Origin: Podarcis tiliguerta | Lineage: Eukaryota | DNA length: 64,000 nucleotides | Assembly: GCA_965153285.1 (NCBI GenBank) | Contig: OZ229111.1 | Direction: 5' to 3' (one strand) | Part shown: positions 36,595 to 49,284 of the stretch, piece after piece | Position numbering within the stretch: the stretch's first letter is position 1 | Layout: each line of letters opens with the position of its first letter | The notes under the pieces: generated by a model | Seen by the model: the letters and a program-made list of their open reading frames with translations, nothing else | Told to the model about the DNA's origin: nothing | The model's database searches: none | Position numbers and translations under genes: made by a program

Positions 36595-37297
36595 CTATGA
36601 CAGAAACACCAGAAAACAGGATTAGGAGCAATTGATATCAGATACTAAAGATGGGCTACAGAGATGTAGCTAACCAGAAACATTGTCCTCCTGCATTTTT
36701 GTAAGCGCCTCCTGGATTGGATCCAGACTTCAAAAAACCTCTTCCTTTCTTTTCCATTTCTGCCACTGGAATCAGATCAGATAGATTGGGTAGGGAGAGG
36801 AAGGATATGATGCACCTGGGACTCTAGGAAAAGCTTGGGACTGAAAGCAGCAATGGTCACCACTACCTTTCCCTACACTGTCAACGATTCCAGTTACAGC
36901 CTGAATCCAGAACAAGGCAGAGCTTACTGTGCAATCACCTCTGTCCAGCTAAAAGACCGGGAGCTGGGAGATACAGATAGATGAACCGGGAGCCTAACCG
37001 CTACGTGGTGCATCACTTGGAAAACAGACGGGGACCAATGAAAGTAAAAATACAGCAGATATTCCAAAGGTTGCCTACATTAAAATTCCACTCTTTAAAT
37101 AAAATCTGAATAATCTTGGTGCTACCAAATAGTAATCTGATACCTAGAAATACAGATGAAAGCTTGTGCCACAATAGTTTGTTGGCCTTTAAGGTGCCAC
37201 AGGATTTGGTTTCTTTTTAATGCAGCTGACATAGTCTCCCTCTTCAGAAATTGAAATATACAATTTGTCCAAACAGGGTAGTACCCTTGTACTAGAC

Positions 37298-37762
37298 TAG
37301 AGGTCTGCAACCTTTAAGACAAAAAGAGCCACTTGGACCAGTTTCTGAAGGGGAAAAAACTGGGAGCCGCAAAACTCGTCATTATAAAAATAAATTTTTT
37401 GTCACTTTTTTTAATTATTTCTTTGTTTGACCCCTCAGGATTACTCCTCATAGAAATAAACATTAAATTAACAAGTTACCTTTTTGTGTGTGTGTGTTCT
37501 TCACTCCCCTTCAAAACAGTGACCAGCGTACATGCCCCTTACAATGTAGCGGGCGGGCAGGTGGGAAGGTGACGTTGGGACGGTGCGTGACTAACGCACA
37601 CACCGCCCCCATGCGACATCACAGCCAATACAGCGCCCGCCACAGTGGGGAGTGTCGGGGCGCACAATGCGCCTCCTCCCCTCGCTAGTATCCGCCCCGG
37701 AGCCGCAGCAAAGGTGTAAAAGATCCACATGCGGCTCGGGAGCCACGGGTTGCAGACCCCTG
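37298..37762. mobile_element. hAT (Charlie-like) non-autonomous element, 465 bp
   Basis: TIR TAGAGGTCTGCAACC / GGTTGCAGACCCCTG; perfect 8-bp TSD TACTAGAC (37290-97, 37763-70). Confidence 0.85.
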
Positions 37763-37774
37763 TACTAGACACTA

Positions 37775-38005
37775 AAAGGTAAACGTACCCCTGACCGTTA
37801 GGTCCAGTCACAGATAACTCTGGGGTTGCGCTCTCACCTCGCTCTATAGGCCAAGGGAGCAGGCATTTGTCCACAGACAGCTTCCGGGTCATGCAGCCAG
37901 CATGACTAAGCTGTTTCTGGTGAACCAGAAGTGGTACCTATTTATCTACTTGCACTTGATATGCTTTTGAACTGCTAGGTGGGCAGGAGCTGGGACTGAA
38001 CAACG
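37775..38005 (-). mobile_element. Sauria/Squam1-type SINE, 5'-truncated and internally deleted
   Basis: shares aaaggtaaa..cccctgacc, ggtacctatttatctacttgcac and ggcaggagctgggac with 5639-5988. Confidence 0.8.
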
Positions 38006-38128
38006 CTACTACCATCCATTAATTTGCTCTTGGCAGCTGTGGAAACTTAAGCCGTTCCAACATGTTTGGTAGGGAATGCACATCCATTGCTAAAAACAAA
38101 CGAACCTGAAATGGATGTTCTAACTCAC

Positions 38129-38255
38129 CTTTTAGGGATGTTGTGGCCTCCCCATGAGATTGTCACAATGTATTTTCCTGGAGTTACTGGATAGTATTCA
38201 AAGGCATACACGCCATCCACATACTCCTTTTGTTTCACAAGTTCCTCCAGACCTT
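38129..38255 (-). CDS. FLNB: FLNB exon 10, 127 nt
   Basis: tgcag|..|gtgagt; [42 protein letters not shown]. Confidence 0.95.
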
Positions 38256-39436
38256 CTGCAGAAATATCATCAATCTAGCATTAGCCTTCCATAGTTACAG
38301 CCTCAATCCTCTGGTTACAGGCAATTTTGCCCCTTTCCAGTAGTTTAAGAAAAATTGCTAAGAATGAAGTCATCCCCACCCCCAACCAGAAATAGTTTGC
38401 AAGGAGGAGAAATGGCCTCCAAGTTGTCATGCAAGAAAGATGGCATAAATATTTCCAGAAGAGATCGATGAGTGAAAGTGTTACGTTACCTCGCTTAACT
38501 CATTCCCTTATGTTATTCCTTAGTCTAAAGAATTATGCGTGTCATGTTAAAACAAGGGAAGCTTAAGCTTCATCAGACCTCATGACCACAAGTATTTGGG
38601 GAATGCCTACTTGATTTAATTTTCCTGCAACAGTCTAAATATGCCTAAGTTTGTTGATACAAGACTATTGTCTTTAACAGTGCACAGTTGGCAACCCTGC
38701 CATAGCCAACGCTTTAAGCACATTACAGCTCGCAAGAGGCCCACCAGAATCCCCACCAATTTGTACAAGGCTGAAAAGGATTGCCATTCATTTTGATCTG
38801 GGGCCAGAAGGTAACAAAGCCCTGAATCTATTTCAAGCCGTACTGTGATCCAAGAGTAGAAAAAGGTGTCTGCCATATGATCAGCAAGCCAGCGGGGGAC
38901 TTTCTGTCCATTATGACTCCTGAACGGAGCATTAATTTGCTAAAGCAAAGCAGAGGGGAAATGATCCTGGGGTTCAGTTTTGAGTACCCATCTTTAAGGT
39001 CAGAACTCCCAAAAATGTGTAAAATGTAGTATCCTGACCTGCTAAGTTTCACTTATTTTTTTACCAAGTCTGAGAAAAGGAAAAGAATGACGGTCTGAAA
39101 TCCTGAAACAGTCAAGTTGCATAAAAATTGACAAATCATGTCCAAGTTACCTCAAGCAGCTGAGGAGTATTTCAAACAATTAATACAAGTTCCATTAGTT
39201 TCCAGTATTTACACTTCCCCAGGTAAACCTGGGGAACTCCTCAGCCACACAGCTTATTTGGTTATCAGTTTGACACAGACAGCCTCTTATTTATATTCCA
39301 TTCAGGCAGATAAGCAAAGAAATGCAGGCACCTGATACCATCTTGTCTAGTTTGGCCTAACCTTTCTTCCCCTTTTGCAGGTTTGCTTCACATTTCTTGA
39401 GCAATGTTGTCATGAAACATTACCGAACGTTTTTTG

Positions 39437-39472
<36 letters not shown>
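39437..39472. repeat. (CA)n microsatellite, about 17 units
   Basis: uninterrupted acac run. Confidence 0.92.
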
Positions 39473-39474
<2 letters not shown>

Positions 39475-39830
39475 TTGTCCAAGAGCTTTGCACCATAGAT
39501 ACTGAAGTAGAAGTTCAAGCCTTTCCAAACCCACTAAAGCAGTTGCACAGCTCAGATTACTTCTGTATAAACAGGTAAACAAGGCGGTTATCACACCCAA
39601 AGAACCAGTCATTTCAAATTTGCAGCCATGTTTACCTAGTCTCCTCTTGTGCAATTAGATATGAGAGAGAGAAAAGAGCGGCTCCATTTCACTTCTGGAG
39701 TTTCCCCAGGGGATAAAGTCAACATACAGATACCAGAATCACAAGCCGATGGATTACACTTTTAAGCCTTTTGCAAACTTCCCTGGCCCCACCCCAAAGC
39801 CCCAGCAATGCTAAGAAGCCGAGCACTTAC

Positions 39831-39968
39831 TTGGTCCTTTTATTGCCACATGGATATCTCCACTCCCTGCGGCTTTAGTATCAACCTTGAAGTCTGCGGT
39901 TTCTCTGATCCGAACTCCTTTAGGTTGGAGGCCTCTACCACTGGCACGGCAGGCATTTGGATTGCACG
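39831..39968 (-). CDS. FLNB: FLNB exon 9, 138 nt
   Basis: tgcag|..|gtaagt; [46 protein letters not shown]. Confidence 0.96.
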
Positions 39969-41704
39969 CTGCAAGCGAATTGCAGACAGACATCAATACA
40001 GCCTTTGATTCCTAGAGATATTTAACTTAGCCAAGCTAGTCTGGAACGGTTTCTCTCGGCTTGCTTTAAGATGGATGAGATTTTAAGTTTATGAAATGTA
40101 AAACCTGAACACCATTTTGCAGTCTTAAGGAGGCAAGACTGAGGCTGTCAATGCACATTATATTAACATAAAACTGGGGGTTGCATGTTTTTTTGCTTCA
40201 CTATGTACAAACACAAGTCTCGTTTAAATGAACTAAACTAAGAAATTTACATCAGCATGAGAGACCAGGGAAACTGGAGAAACTTTTTTTTTAAAAGAAA
40301 GGGAAAGTGGTTTTGGCCTTACAATAGTAAAAGGAGCAAAGTATCCTCATTTTCAAAATTTCACACTTAGGAGGGCATATTGCCTTAGGGCATGCATGCA
40401 GATGAAACCTTCCAGTTTGAATCAGACTTTTTTTTCCCCAGTGAAGTCTCAGGTTCCAAGGGGTGAGGGGTGAAGGAGAGGGCAAGAAGTGAAACATAGC
40501 ATGAGACAGAGAGCATCTCATAGAGATGTTGCACCTTGCATGGTTGAGACAGTGTTGCTATGCTGATCCTGCTATTGCTCCTAAATTAGCAAATTTAATC
40601 CCCAGAGGAAGCCCCATGCAGATGTGCCTGAAATGAACAATACAATTCACACGCAAGAGTTTAAGCATGCTTTCCTGAACACCGTCACCATTAGGGAAAG
40701 CAGGTCTGTATGCAGAAACCACTGGATACAGTGTGAAAAAGACCACATACAGAATGACGATTTATGGGAGATAAGCAGGCTCACAGTTGTCAGTATTTGG
40801 CCTAGCCATGAAACTGGACTGTGAGGCATGCGGGCTTGGGTTTCCAACAGCTCAACTCCATGCATTTCCTTCTGGAGTTGGCAACCATTTCCTTGGAGGG
40901 AAAACTAATTCATCCCATGAAAAGCTGTCCTGCTGCAAGCATGCAGGGAATTCTCATCCCCAGCCAATCTGCATTGACTACTTCTACATCCATCTGTAGA
41001 TGCAACAAACCGGGGCTGTAGCAGCAAGCCGAAGTTCAGTTTCAAGCTCCTTGCAACAAAGTTTGGCAGTTTGTGGTTAAGCCGTTTGACTTCTTGCGAG
41101 ACTGCCTGAAGCCTGACCTGCTGCTTGCAACATTTTCATACAACCCAGCCACTTCTGCTTAGGGCTGCAAACCTGCTGACTAGGTGTTCAGAAGAAACGC
41201 AGCAACACAAGTTCACCCTGCACACCCTCTTACCGACAGAGCTTGCCCAACTATGAAGCCAATAGCAGTGAAGTCCAACATCTCACAAATTGAAAGTAGC
41301 TCAGGAGAGGTGAGCAGAGGTCTGAAAGCACAGGAGCAGGCAAGGATGGAATAGAAAGCCAAGTGTCAGTTCAAGAAGGGAAGAGAGTTGTGATACAAAA
41401 TAAAGTGAATATAGTTGGTTTTAAAGAGACACAGCAAGAAAGCTCAATTCTAAAAGTGTAAGAAGGAGCAATGCGGTCATTTAGGATGACAAGACTGATA
41501 AAACCCAGTTAGTTAAATGTGATAAGATACTAACACTTAAAAGTCCTTTTTAGGGGAAATGACTTTCATGCAAGAATTGAACTGCTTTATCCAAGCCAAA
41601 AGACTAAATTCCCACGTTTAGAGAGTCTCATAGATACTGCACTTAATGTGCACATTTATCCAGTAATATGGTTAAATAGTTATACCTTTGCCCTAAACAC
41701 ATAC

Positions 41705-41902
41705 CTTCACCAACATGAATACCCCAAGGGCTTTTGGGAATTTGCTCTCCAGCAAACGCCACTTTAATGGTATGGGGACCAGCTTGAAGAGGTTTGTACA
41801 CGCAACGATAGACTTGATTCCCTTTGTCTTCTATTGCAACTTCCACGGGGTTCTTCCCTTGAGGATCTTCAACTTCTACACCTATATCACCAACACCAGC
41901 CC
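41705..41902 (-). CDS. FLNB: FLNB exon 8, 198 nt
   Basis: tgtag|..|gtatgt; GAGVGDIGVEVEDPQGKN...IPKSPWGIHVGE. Confidence 0.96.
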
Positions 41903-43749
41903 CTACAAGATACAAAATAGGAGCTCAAAAATTATTTCCACAGTTAGGGAAGTCTCCCAGTTTCTTATATTGGCCAGTAGCCATCCCAGTGGAAAGAGGG
42001 CCAAGGAAATGTACACTCTATATAGCCAAATTAGGGTGTTGGGAAATGGGACACGGAGACCATCTCCCCTCAAGAACACATTGTTTTCTCACGAATTTCC
42101 AGTTTAGCTTTTCCAAAAAGAACCCAAAAGCTATTGAGTATGATAATGATCCATAACAAAAGGCAGGAGGACCTCAAGGTTTGCAGCCTGAGGAAATTAG
42201 TTGCGAAATGCCTGATAATGCATCCTTGACATTTGCAGCCAGAATTCTCCTTATCTTTATACCAAGGTCCTGCTTGTTTTGAAGAAACACTGCTAGATTT
42301 GTTTAGATTTATGTCTACCAGTTTTCCTATTTGGAAGGATTTAAAAGCAGCTGTAGTTTTGCAATATAGCCCAACAAGACTCGCACCCCCAGTTGGGAAA
42401 ATCCTCGTTATACTCAATTCGCAGTCACCTTTTTGTTTAAGTTACTACTGCAAAATTCAAGTGCTATAAACTTCTAAGTCTAGTACTCAGTAAGTTCGTC
42501 TTCAGTGACTTCTGAAGAAACAATAGTGAAGCTACATGGCCAGATGCAAATGGCATAGCTACGGTTATGTCAAGTGGGAAAGCAAGTTTCAAAATTAAGT
42601 TATTGTGCATAGTAAATACAGTCCTCCCCACTGCCTTGTTGGAGCCAAACAAAGACCTGTACCAAAAAGGGAAAGAAAGTGTGCCCGTGGATGTATGCAA
42701 GTGTGCATACAGCTGCCTAAAGCATATTGCACACAAACACCCAACCAAGTTTCACCCAACTGGAAGTGATCGCTGTCATGCAGCACTGTTTACTCTGACT
42801 TGTATAGAATGGTAGGAAGGCTCTACAATAACAGGAACCATTAAAGGGCCACCATACCTGTTGAAAGTTGTAGCTGCAGTCAAAGCCAAGGACCAGCTTG
42901 AGAACTGACCTACACAGAACACTATTGCCACAGACATGAGATGCATTCCCAAGAACAATGAAGAATGCTTAGTTCAAATGCATGAACATCATGCACCTTG
43001 CACAAAAAGCTTATACTCTGCACTCCCTGAACACAGACACATTGGTAACCTTTCTTGCCAAAGAAACCCAAGGCCGTTGCCATCCGATTGGTAAATCAGA
43101 AAAAATGATGTGAATTCATATCAATGCCTACTAAAAAAAAAAACACCTGTTGGAAGACTAGTAACTGTTGGTATGAGGCAGGCTTCTGTACTGGACACCA
43201 AAGAGATGTAAAGCAGATATACACCCCTTCATGTCCAAACTAGGTGTTGTTATTAAGTACTGTGGCCAAGAATTGCAAATTGAACCCTGAAGCTTCAAAT
43301 GCACCTTGAGCATCCTTAACCCATTTATTTGCATTTATTCTGTCTAGCAAGATTCATATACCACTTCATAAAAAATATGTCAGTGGTTTATATAAAGTGG
43401 CATGATATTAATTAAAAACAGAAATAAAGAAAACCCTTCAAAAACATCACAAATAATAAAATTTTAATAAAAGTAAAATTTTAATAAAACCCATGGAGCA
43501 CTGTGCATTCCTTCCACCCTCACATATGCTCTGTGTCAGGGGAGGAGTCTCTGGCTATGAATCCAATTCCCATCACTCCTGACGTCTGGAAAGGTGAGAT
43601 TCAGTGCTCAGAAACATCTGCAGAGCCCCAGGTTCCCTATCTTGTGTGGACACTATAGAGAGAAGCAACATCATGGCCCATATGAAGAGAAGGCAAGCCT
43701 GCTCACAGCTCCATGTCATAAAGGAAGGAATCTATTCAGCCCATCTTAC

Positions 43750-43912
43750 CTGCTGTGTAAATTTCAAAGTAAGTAGGTTTATTGGCTATATTTCCTGTTA
43801 CTTCCAAGCCTGGTCCTTTTGCGGTCACTTTGCTGGCATCTCCCTGGGCTTTATCAACATTGACTTCAAACGGGCTCTTTGCAATGTGCTGGCCAGCAAA
43901 CAGAACTGTAAC
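43750..43912 (-). CDS. FLNB: FLNB exon 7, 163 nt
   Basis: tctag|..|gtaaga; [54 protein letters not shown]. Confidence 0.95.
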
Positions 43913-44470
43913 CTAGAAGTGTAGTAACAGTATTCAAGTTAGATATGCACCACGGCAAGCAGATAGCCAGTTTGCATTCACGCAATAGCAGATCCAGAGG
44001 AGTTCTGAATTCACAAGCTGACATTTAAAGTCAATTTAAAAAAACAAACAAAGCTTCTGGAGAAGTGTCTGCAGGCCCAACATTGAATGTGGTATGACAG
44101 CTACCATATCCAGATGAATTATACACATTTTTACAGGAAGAACACATTTTAATAGGGCACTGAATGTCAATCAACCATATAGTTCACTTTCTCACCTAAA
44201 GAGAAGGCAGGATAAAAAAGGCAGCTTAGCTACTCTAAAACAAAACTGACTACCAGTGTTGCCTCCACCTCCTCTTTTACCTGAACAATTGTTAGACCAG
44301 GCAATCAGTACTTTAAGCCGGGGGGGGGGGGAGAGCGTTGTCGCTCTCAACTACAGCTACAAAACTAGACCAACTTGTTTTGAGATAGTATTACAACAAC
44401 ATTGTCCGGAGCAAAATGTACTTGGCAGCTAAAACTCACGTCTCCCTCCAGAATCTTCAGATATTCTTAC

Positions 44471-44548
44471 CTTGTGAGGTCCTGTAACCTTTGGGAGGTA
44501 CTGAACAGCGTAAGTCTTGTTCTTATCGTTGTCAGGAGTCACCATCGC
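44471..44548 (-). CDS. FLNB: FLNB exon 6, 78 nt
   Basis: cttag|..|gtaaga; [26 protein letters not shown]. Confidence 0.95.
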
Positions 44549-44934
44549 CTAAGAAAGAGGAAGGCATTAGGCAACTCAGTCATGCTTAAGTCTCTTGATC
44601 TTTTTCACTGGGCATCATATTGGCTGCTGTGGTCATTTTAGGATTTTAATTCTACACATTGTGCCTATTTTTATAGCGACATTTTTGTAGCCTGCGCTGG
44701 AGAGCATTTTGTAAAAGGCGGGCTAAGAGTACAAATAATAAAATAAAATGCCAGGGACTAAAATTAGGACCTTCTATATGGCCAGTACCCCTTAACTATG
44801 GTCCATCCTCATGATTCATGAAGCTCACTCAAATTCCAACACACCTGAAGAGGATTCCTTTACCATGGTGTAAGATAGTAGTAAGTGGTCAACCCATTTC
44901 CCTTCCCTGGCCCAAGACCTCTCAATATGCATAC

Positions 44935-45053
44935 CTCTTCTCTGTTTCCTTCTGGATCTTCTACAAAAACCAATACTTCGCCTTGGCCAGCACTGATTGT
45001 GTCAACACTGAATTTGGCAGGCTGTTTCACCATATTTCCATGTGGTTCAATTC
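44935..45053 (-). CDS. FLNB: FLNB exon 5, 119 nt
   Basis: tgcag|..|gtatgc; [40 protein letters not shown]. Confidence 0.95.
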
Positions 45054-46597
45054 CTGCAGGAATAAAAGGCTGTGCTTAGCTGGCTGTAAAGACGACATGA
45101 AGAGCTTTTACTTGCTAAACTGTGATGCAAGTACATTATTTCCTAGAATTATCAGCACCAATTTGTAGCTATCCATGCTTTTAATGTAGCATCAGGACAT
45201 AAGGGTGAAGAAAGAAGCACTGCCACAAAATATGGGAGGTTCAATTTGTGGCTAACGTGGTTAATTGCTATTGACAGACAAATCCACGGTGATGAGGCTG
45301 GTCTTAGCTACTGTCACATTAAACTGTATTTATAAATTAAATGTAAATACATACTTCTCAATGTACACATTTCCAAATGAATTTTATCCTAATGCACAGG
45401 TTTTGAGTAGCGAATTGTATTTCAAAATTTGGAGGTGTGCAGAATCCAAAAGAACTGTGTATTCGTCTGTGATATGTGAATTAGGAGTTTGCTTTAAAAT
45501 TCTTAGTGTTGCTTAAAAAAGAAAAAATCTAGCATTGACAACATTGATACCTTAGATTTTAGTAGCTTTCTGAATATACATGTGCATTAGTTTTTCATGG
45601 TCTTCACAGGATCCCTGCTTGTTTTCCTTCAATAGAACTTCTGTTCCTCTCCAGGTTCTCATCCCATCCCGTCTCATTACAACCCCACTCACCAGCCTGC
45701 CTCCATCCACCTCCAGTTCCCTTGTCACTCACCCACCCAAACCATGCCCCTCTTACAGCTCGGCCAAATGGCAGCCCAAGTCAGCTATGGAGGAATAGGT
45801 TAGGGAAGCTCCTCAGCAGACACGCCTCATACTGAGGTCACCTAAGCTGCTGAGGTTCACAGCGAGAACAGCAACATGCTTGCTAGGGAACCCTGCATGT
45901 TCCTCTATAACTTGCCCAGATCAGCCACCACTGACAACACTCACCTGGGCCAACCATTCACCCACCTGCCTAGGATGCCTTCCTGCTAACCCTCTGCCTG
46001 GGCAGTCTGCCTATCAGTAGTCATGCAAACTGCAGTGTAACAACATTCTTACCATCTTATTATACACTAAGATATATTGTACTTTGCTGTATTATTTGAA
46101 TACAAACTGATGCAATTTGTGCAAAATAAAAGCAGCAATCAAAATACAATTAAAAACCATACAACATAGTGCATTACAATTGCTACAACAGGCAGAAATA
46201 CCATTAAGTGGACTGGACCCTCTGCAACTTTCCAGGTGGTCCATGATGGAAAAATGTTTGGGAACCACTGCCTTACACAAAGCAACTGGTCCCCTCCCAC
46301 TGACAGTGATGAAGTTTAGGTTTACATCTTAGAACAAGACAATAGCCTTGCTAAACTGGTTCTCAAAGTGGGAATTTTCATGTGAGAGTAGGAGTGGCTT
46401 TTGGACTATTTCCACATTTTTCTGAATCTCAGCACTGCACTTAAACGAATACAATGCAACTTGGAAGTTTGTCTACAAACATGATTTAAATAGAGCAAGA
46501 ACCAACTGGTCTTTTAAAGCACAATAGTTTTGAATGTATGTAACAAGATATAAGTAACAATACACGCAAGTTATAAGAAAAGCATTTTAGACCTCAC

Positions 46598-46745
46598 CTC
46601 TGCCATACGCCCTTGCCTTCTTTGGATTAAGCTTAGGCTTCAAAGGAGCACCAGGTTTCAGCTTTGCTTTGGGAAACTGTGACAAGTAGGTCATTACAGA
46701 GTGTTCATCCACATCAGGGTGTATGATTTCTTCGGGAGCGATGAC
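46598..46745 (-). CDS. FLNB: FLNB exon 4, 148 nt
   Basis: accag|..|gtgagg; [49 protein letters not shown] (hand-translated, not in ORF track). Confidence 0.96.
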
Positions 46746-47831
46746 CTGGTAAATAAGGACATATTTTCATTAGGATTACAACATGTGAATCAGAGTGCCC
46801 CTCATGCATTCCTACACATCCAAATCACTGCCTGTCCAATAATTCCCTAAGTTTGGAAATATAGTTAACCAGTAGCATTCCCAAGAGCAAGAAGCCTTTT
46901 GAAAGAGTACACCGTGTAATTGCAACACATAGAATAAGTGCACTTTATTTGCACACATAGCTTTGTAGCTCGGTCATTTGCAGTTGAGTTACTACTGCCA
47001 GTCAAAAAGTTATGATGCCACCTTCCTTCCAACAGCTAATCGCTTGAAGTTGCACTGAGTGTTTTACTGGTCCCCCTAAACACCGCCTAGGTTCTATGTA
47101 CAAACTTTTTTACACCTGTCAAATAAATACTTCAGTAGCACCAATTCAAAAGTACGTACAGCAGTCAAGGCTCTTAATCTTAGAGAAATGCCGAGGCAGA
47201 TTTATTGAACTGGCACTGGCACAGTAAGTCGTAAGTGCTTTCTTTTACTGGAGCAAATAATGGGCATAATATGAGTTATTTCAATAAAGGCAGAGGAAAC
47301 TACAGAAGTATTTCTAGCAGGGATAGGATCCAGCCCAACCTTCAAAGGAAGGGGGAAGGGGGGCTTCTATCCTTGTAAAAATGAGATGGGAAACTCGAGT
47401 TTTTCAATATTGTAAGTTTGCCATTTACACACATTTGTGTGCATTCAGCTTTATAGGCTTGGCAAATAAAAATAAAAGGGGTGCGTGGGGATCCAGGTAA
47501 CAACTGACAATTCCACCTACTATTGAACCCAATATCTATTGACTATACAGAACTTTGGATTTAGGCACGATTCCCAGAATGTAACCCATGCATAAGTTAT
47601 GGGCTTACTGTACACTAAAGAGGCAGCTTTCAAGGAAGCAGTCTCATCTGTGTGGAGGACCCATTGTTTTTAATCATTTGAGACGGTGACATTTCATACC
47701 ACAGCAGGTATTTTTAAACACAGCTGAATTTGTGGGACAGGGACCATCAGATGCTACAAGTAAAATTTCTTCTGTTCATATCCTGCCACCTGGATATGCT
47801 GAAGCTCAAATATCATTTCTCTTCTCCGTAC

Positions 47832-47929
47832 CTGAGGGACACCCAGCCAGTCATCTGCTTGCTGCATGGCTTCACGGGCATTATCAACAGGCTTCTTAGG
47901 GTCCCAGGTTTCCCAGTCTGGGCAGAGAC
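47832..47929 (-). CDS. FLNB: FLNB exon 3 (CH2), 98 nt
   Basis: gctag|..|gtacgg; [33 protein letters not shown]. Confidence 0.96.
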
Positions 47930-49035
47930 CTAGCGAAGCAAGAATTATAAAGTTTAAAATACTATCCAGAAACATTTACACGTAACATAAATCCATTTTA
48001 ATTTTAGCTAGCTAGTAACTGGTCTACCCACAGGAGTGCACGTAAGTAGGAAGTGGAGATTATAGTCCAGTAGCCAAGGTTTTCAGACTGCGAAGTCGGG
48101 ATATGTGAGATAAATCCTGTTTGTATTGTTTGGCCTCCACTCCCATTTGTGAGGAAAGAGATTCAATGCCAACTTGATTGGAATTGCCTGCTATCCACCG
48201 AGCTACACTGACTGCTGAACCACTGGCTTTTCCAGTACTCCATGCTGCCAGTCTTGTCAAATTCTATGATTCTGACAAACTGCTCTCTAATTTACAATAT
48301 GCAGTAACTAAGGATTACCCTGAAATTCTGGATGCAACATTTATCAAGTTGTTCTGCAGTGCTGAATTTTCAGAAAATTGTTTCGCCAGAAGTAGGAACA
48401 AATAAGATAGAATCCTCTTGACAACAGAAAGTAGCCAAAATGGTCTTCTGCCACACTCTCACCAACCCCTGCCAGGGGCCAGGGGTGACAGCAGGTTAGT
48501 CCACCAACATCCTTTTCTTAGCTCAGAAACAGGTGCCAACAGCTATAAGGCTACTGGCTACTCCTGGACCACAAGAAGGTTAACTTAGCCAATAGTCTTC
48601 TCATTCACTTGAGAGTTGGGTGCAGCAAAGGTAATAGCTCCTAAACATGACAAAACAGCTCTACTGCTGCATTTACATCCAGGATATTTTGTTAAAAAAA
48701 GAACTGTAGAAAAGCTTTTAGAATCCGTGGAATACTTCATGAAGCTAAAAACGTGCTGCTCAACAACTATGATTGGACATTTTGGAATCCATAAAATATG
48801 TACCAAGTTTTTTTTTATGATGCATTGCAAACTTAAAGCAATGCCTAAAAGTTGTGAAACCTTCATTAAGGGTTCCTGACCTTTATACAGACATTTAGAG
48901 CTTGTTTTCATAGGTGTGACTTCTAGCCAAGTACAGGACTTCTCAAAGCAAGGGAATCTTATTTACATTAAGGTAAAGATAAATCAACTGCTACTGACAT
49001 AGGGCGAGAAAATGGAAAGGTCACAGGAGGCTTAC

Positions 49036-49284
49036 CTGGAGCACAGCTATCAACGAGGGCACCTAATGCTTTGCCATCTTGCCAGTTTTGGTTGAAGTTC
49101 GTTATTGGCAAATAAGGGATTTTGTTCTGAATCCATCCCAAGAGTCTCTGTTTGGGAGTCTGTTTCTTGGCATCGTCATCTCCTTCATCTTCCCACACTG
49201 GCATAGAGATTGAGTAATGGAGGATAAGGGTCCATACTAACCCTAGGATTAGCTTCAAGTTCCCATCAACTATAGCTTTACTAT
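49036..49284 (-). CDS. FLNB: FLNB exon 2 (end of CH1, start of CH2 actin-binding domain), 249 nt
   Basis: ttcag|..|gtaagc; [27 protein letters not shown]...ALVDSCAP. Confidence 0.97.

Noticed and set aside
2510-49284. Gene identity as FLNA, FLNC or a pseudogene
   Set aside because: The CH2 linker and hinge peptides are FLNB-type, and all exons join without stops or frameshifts.
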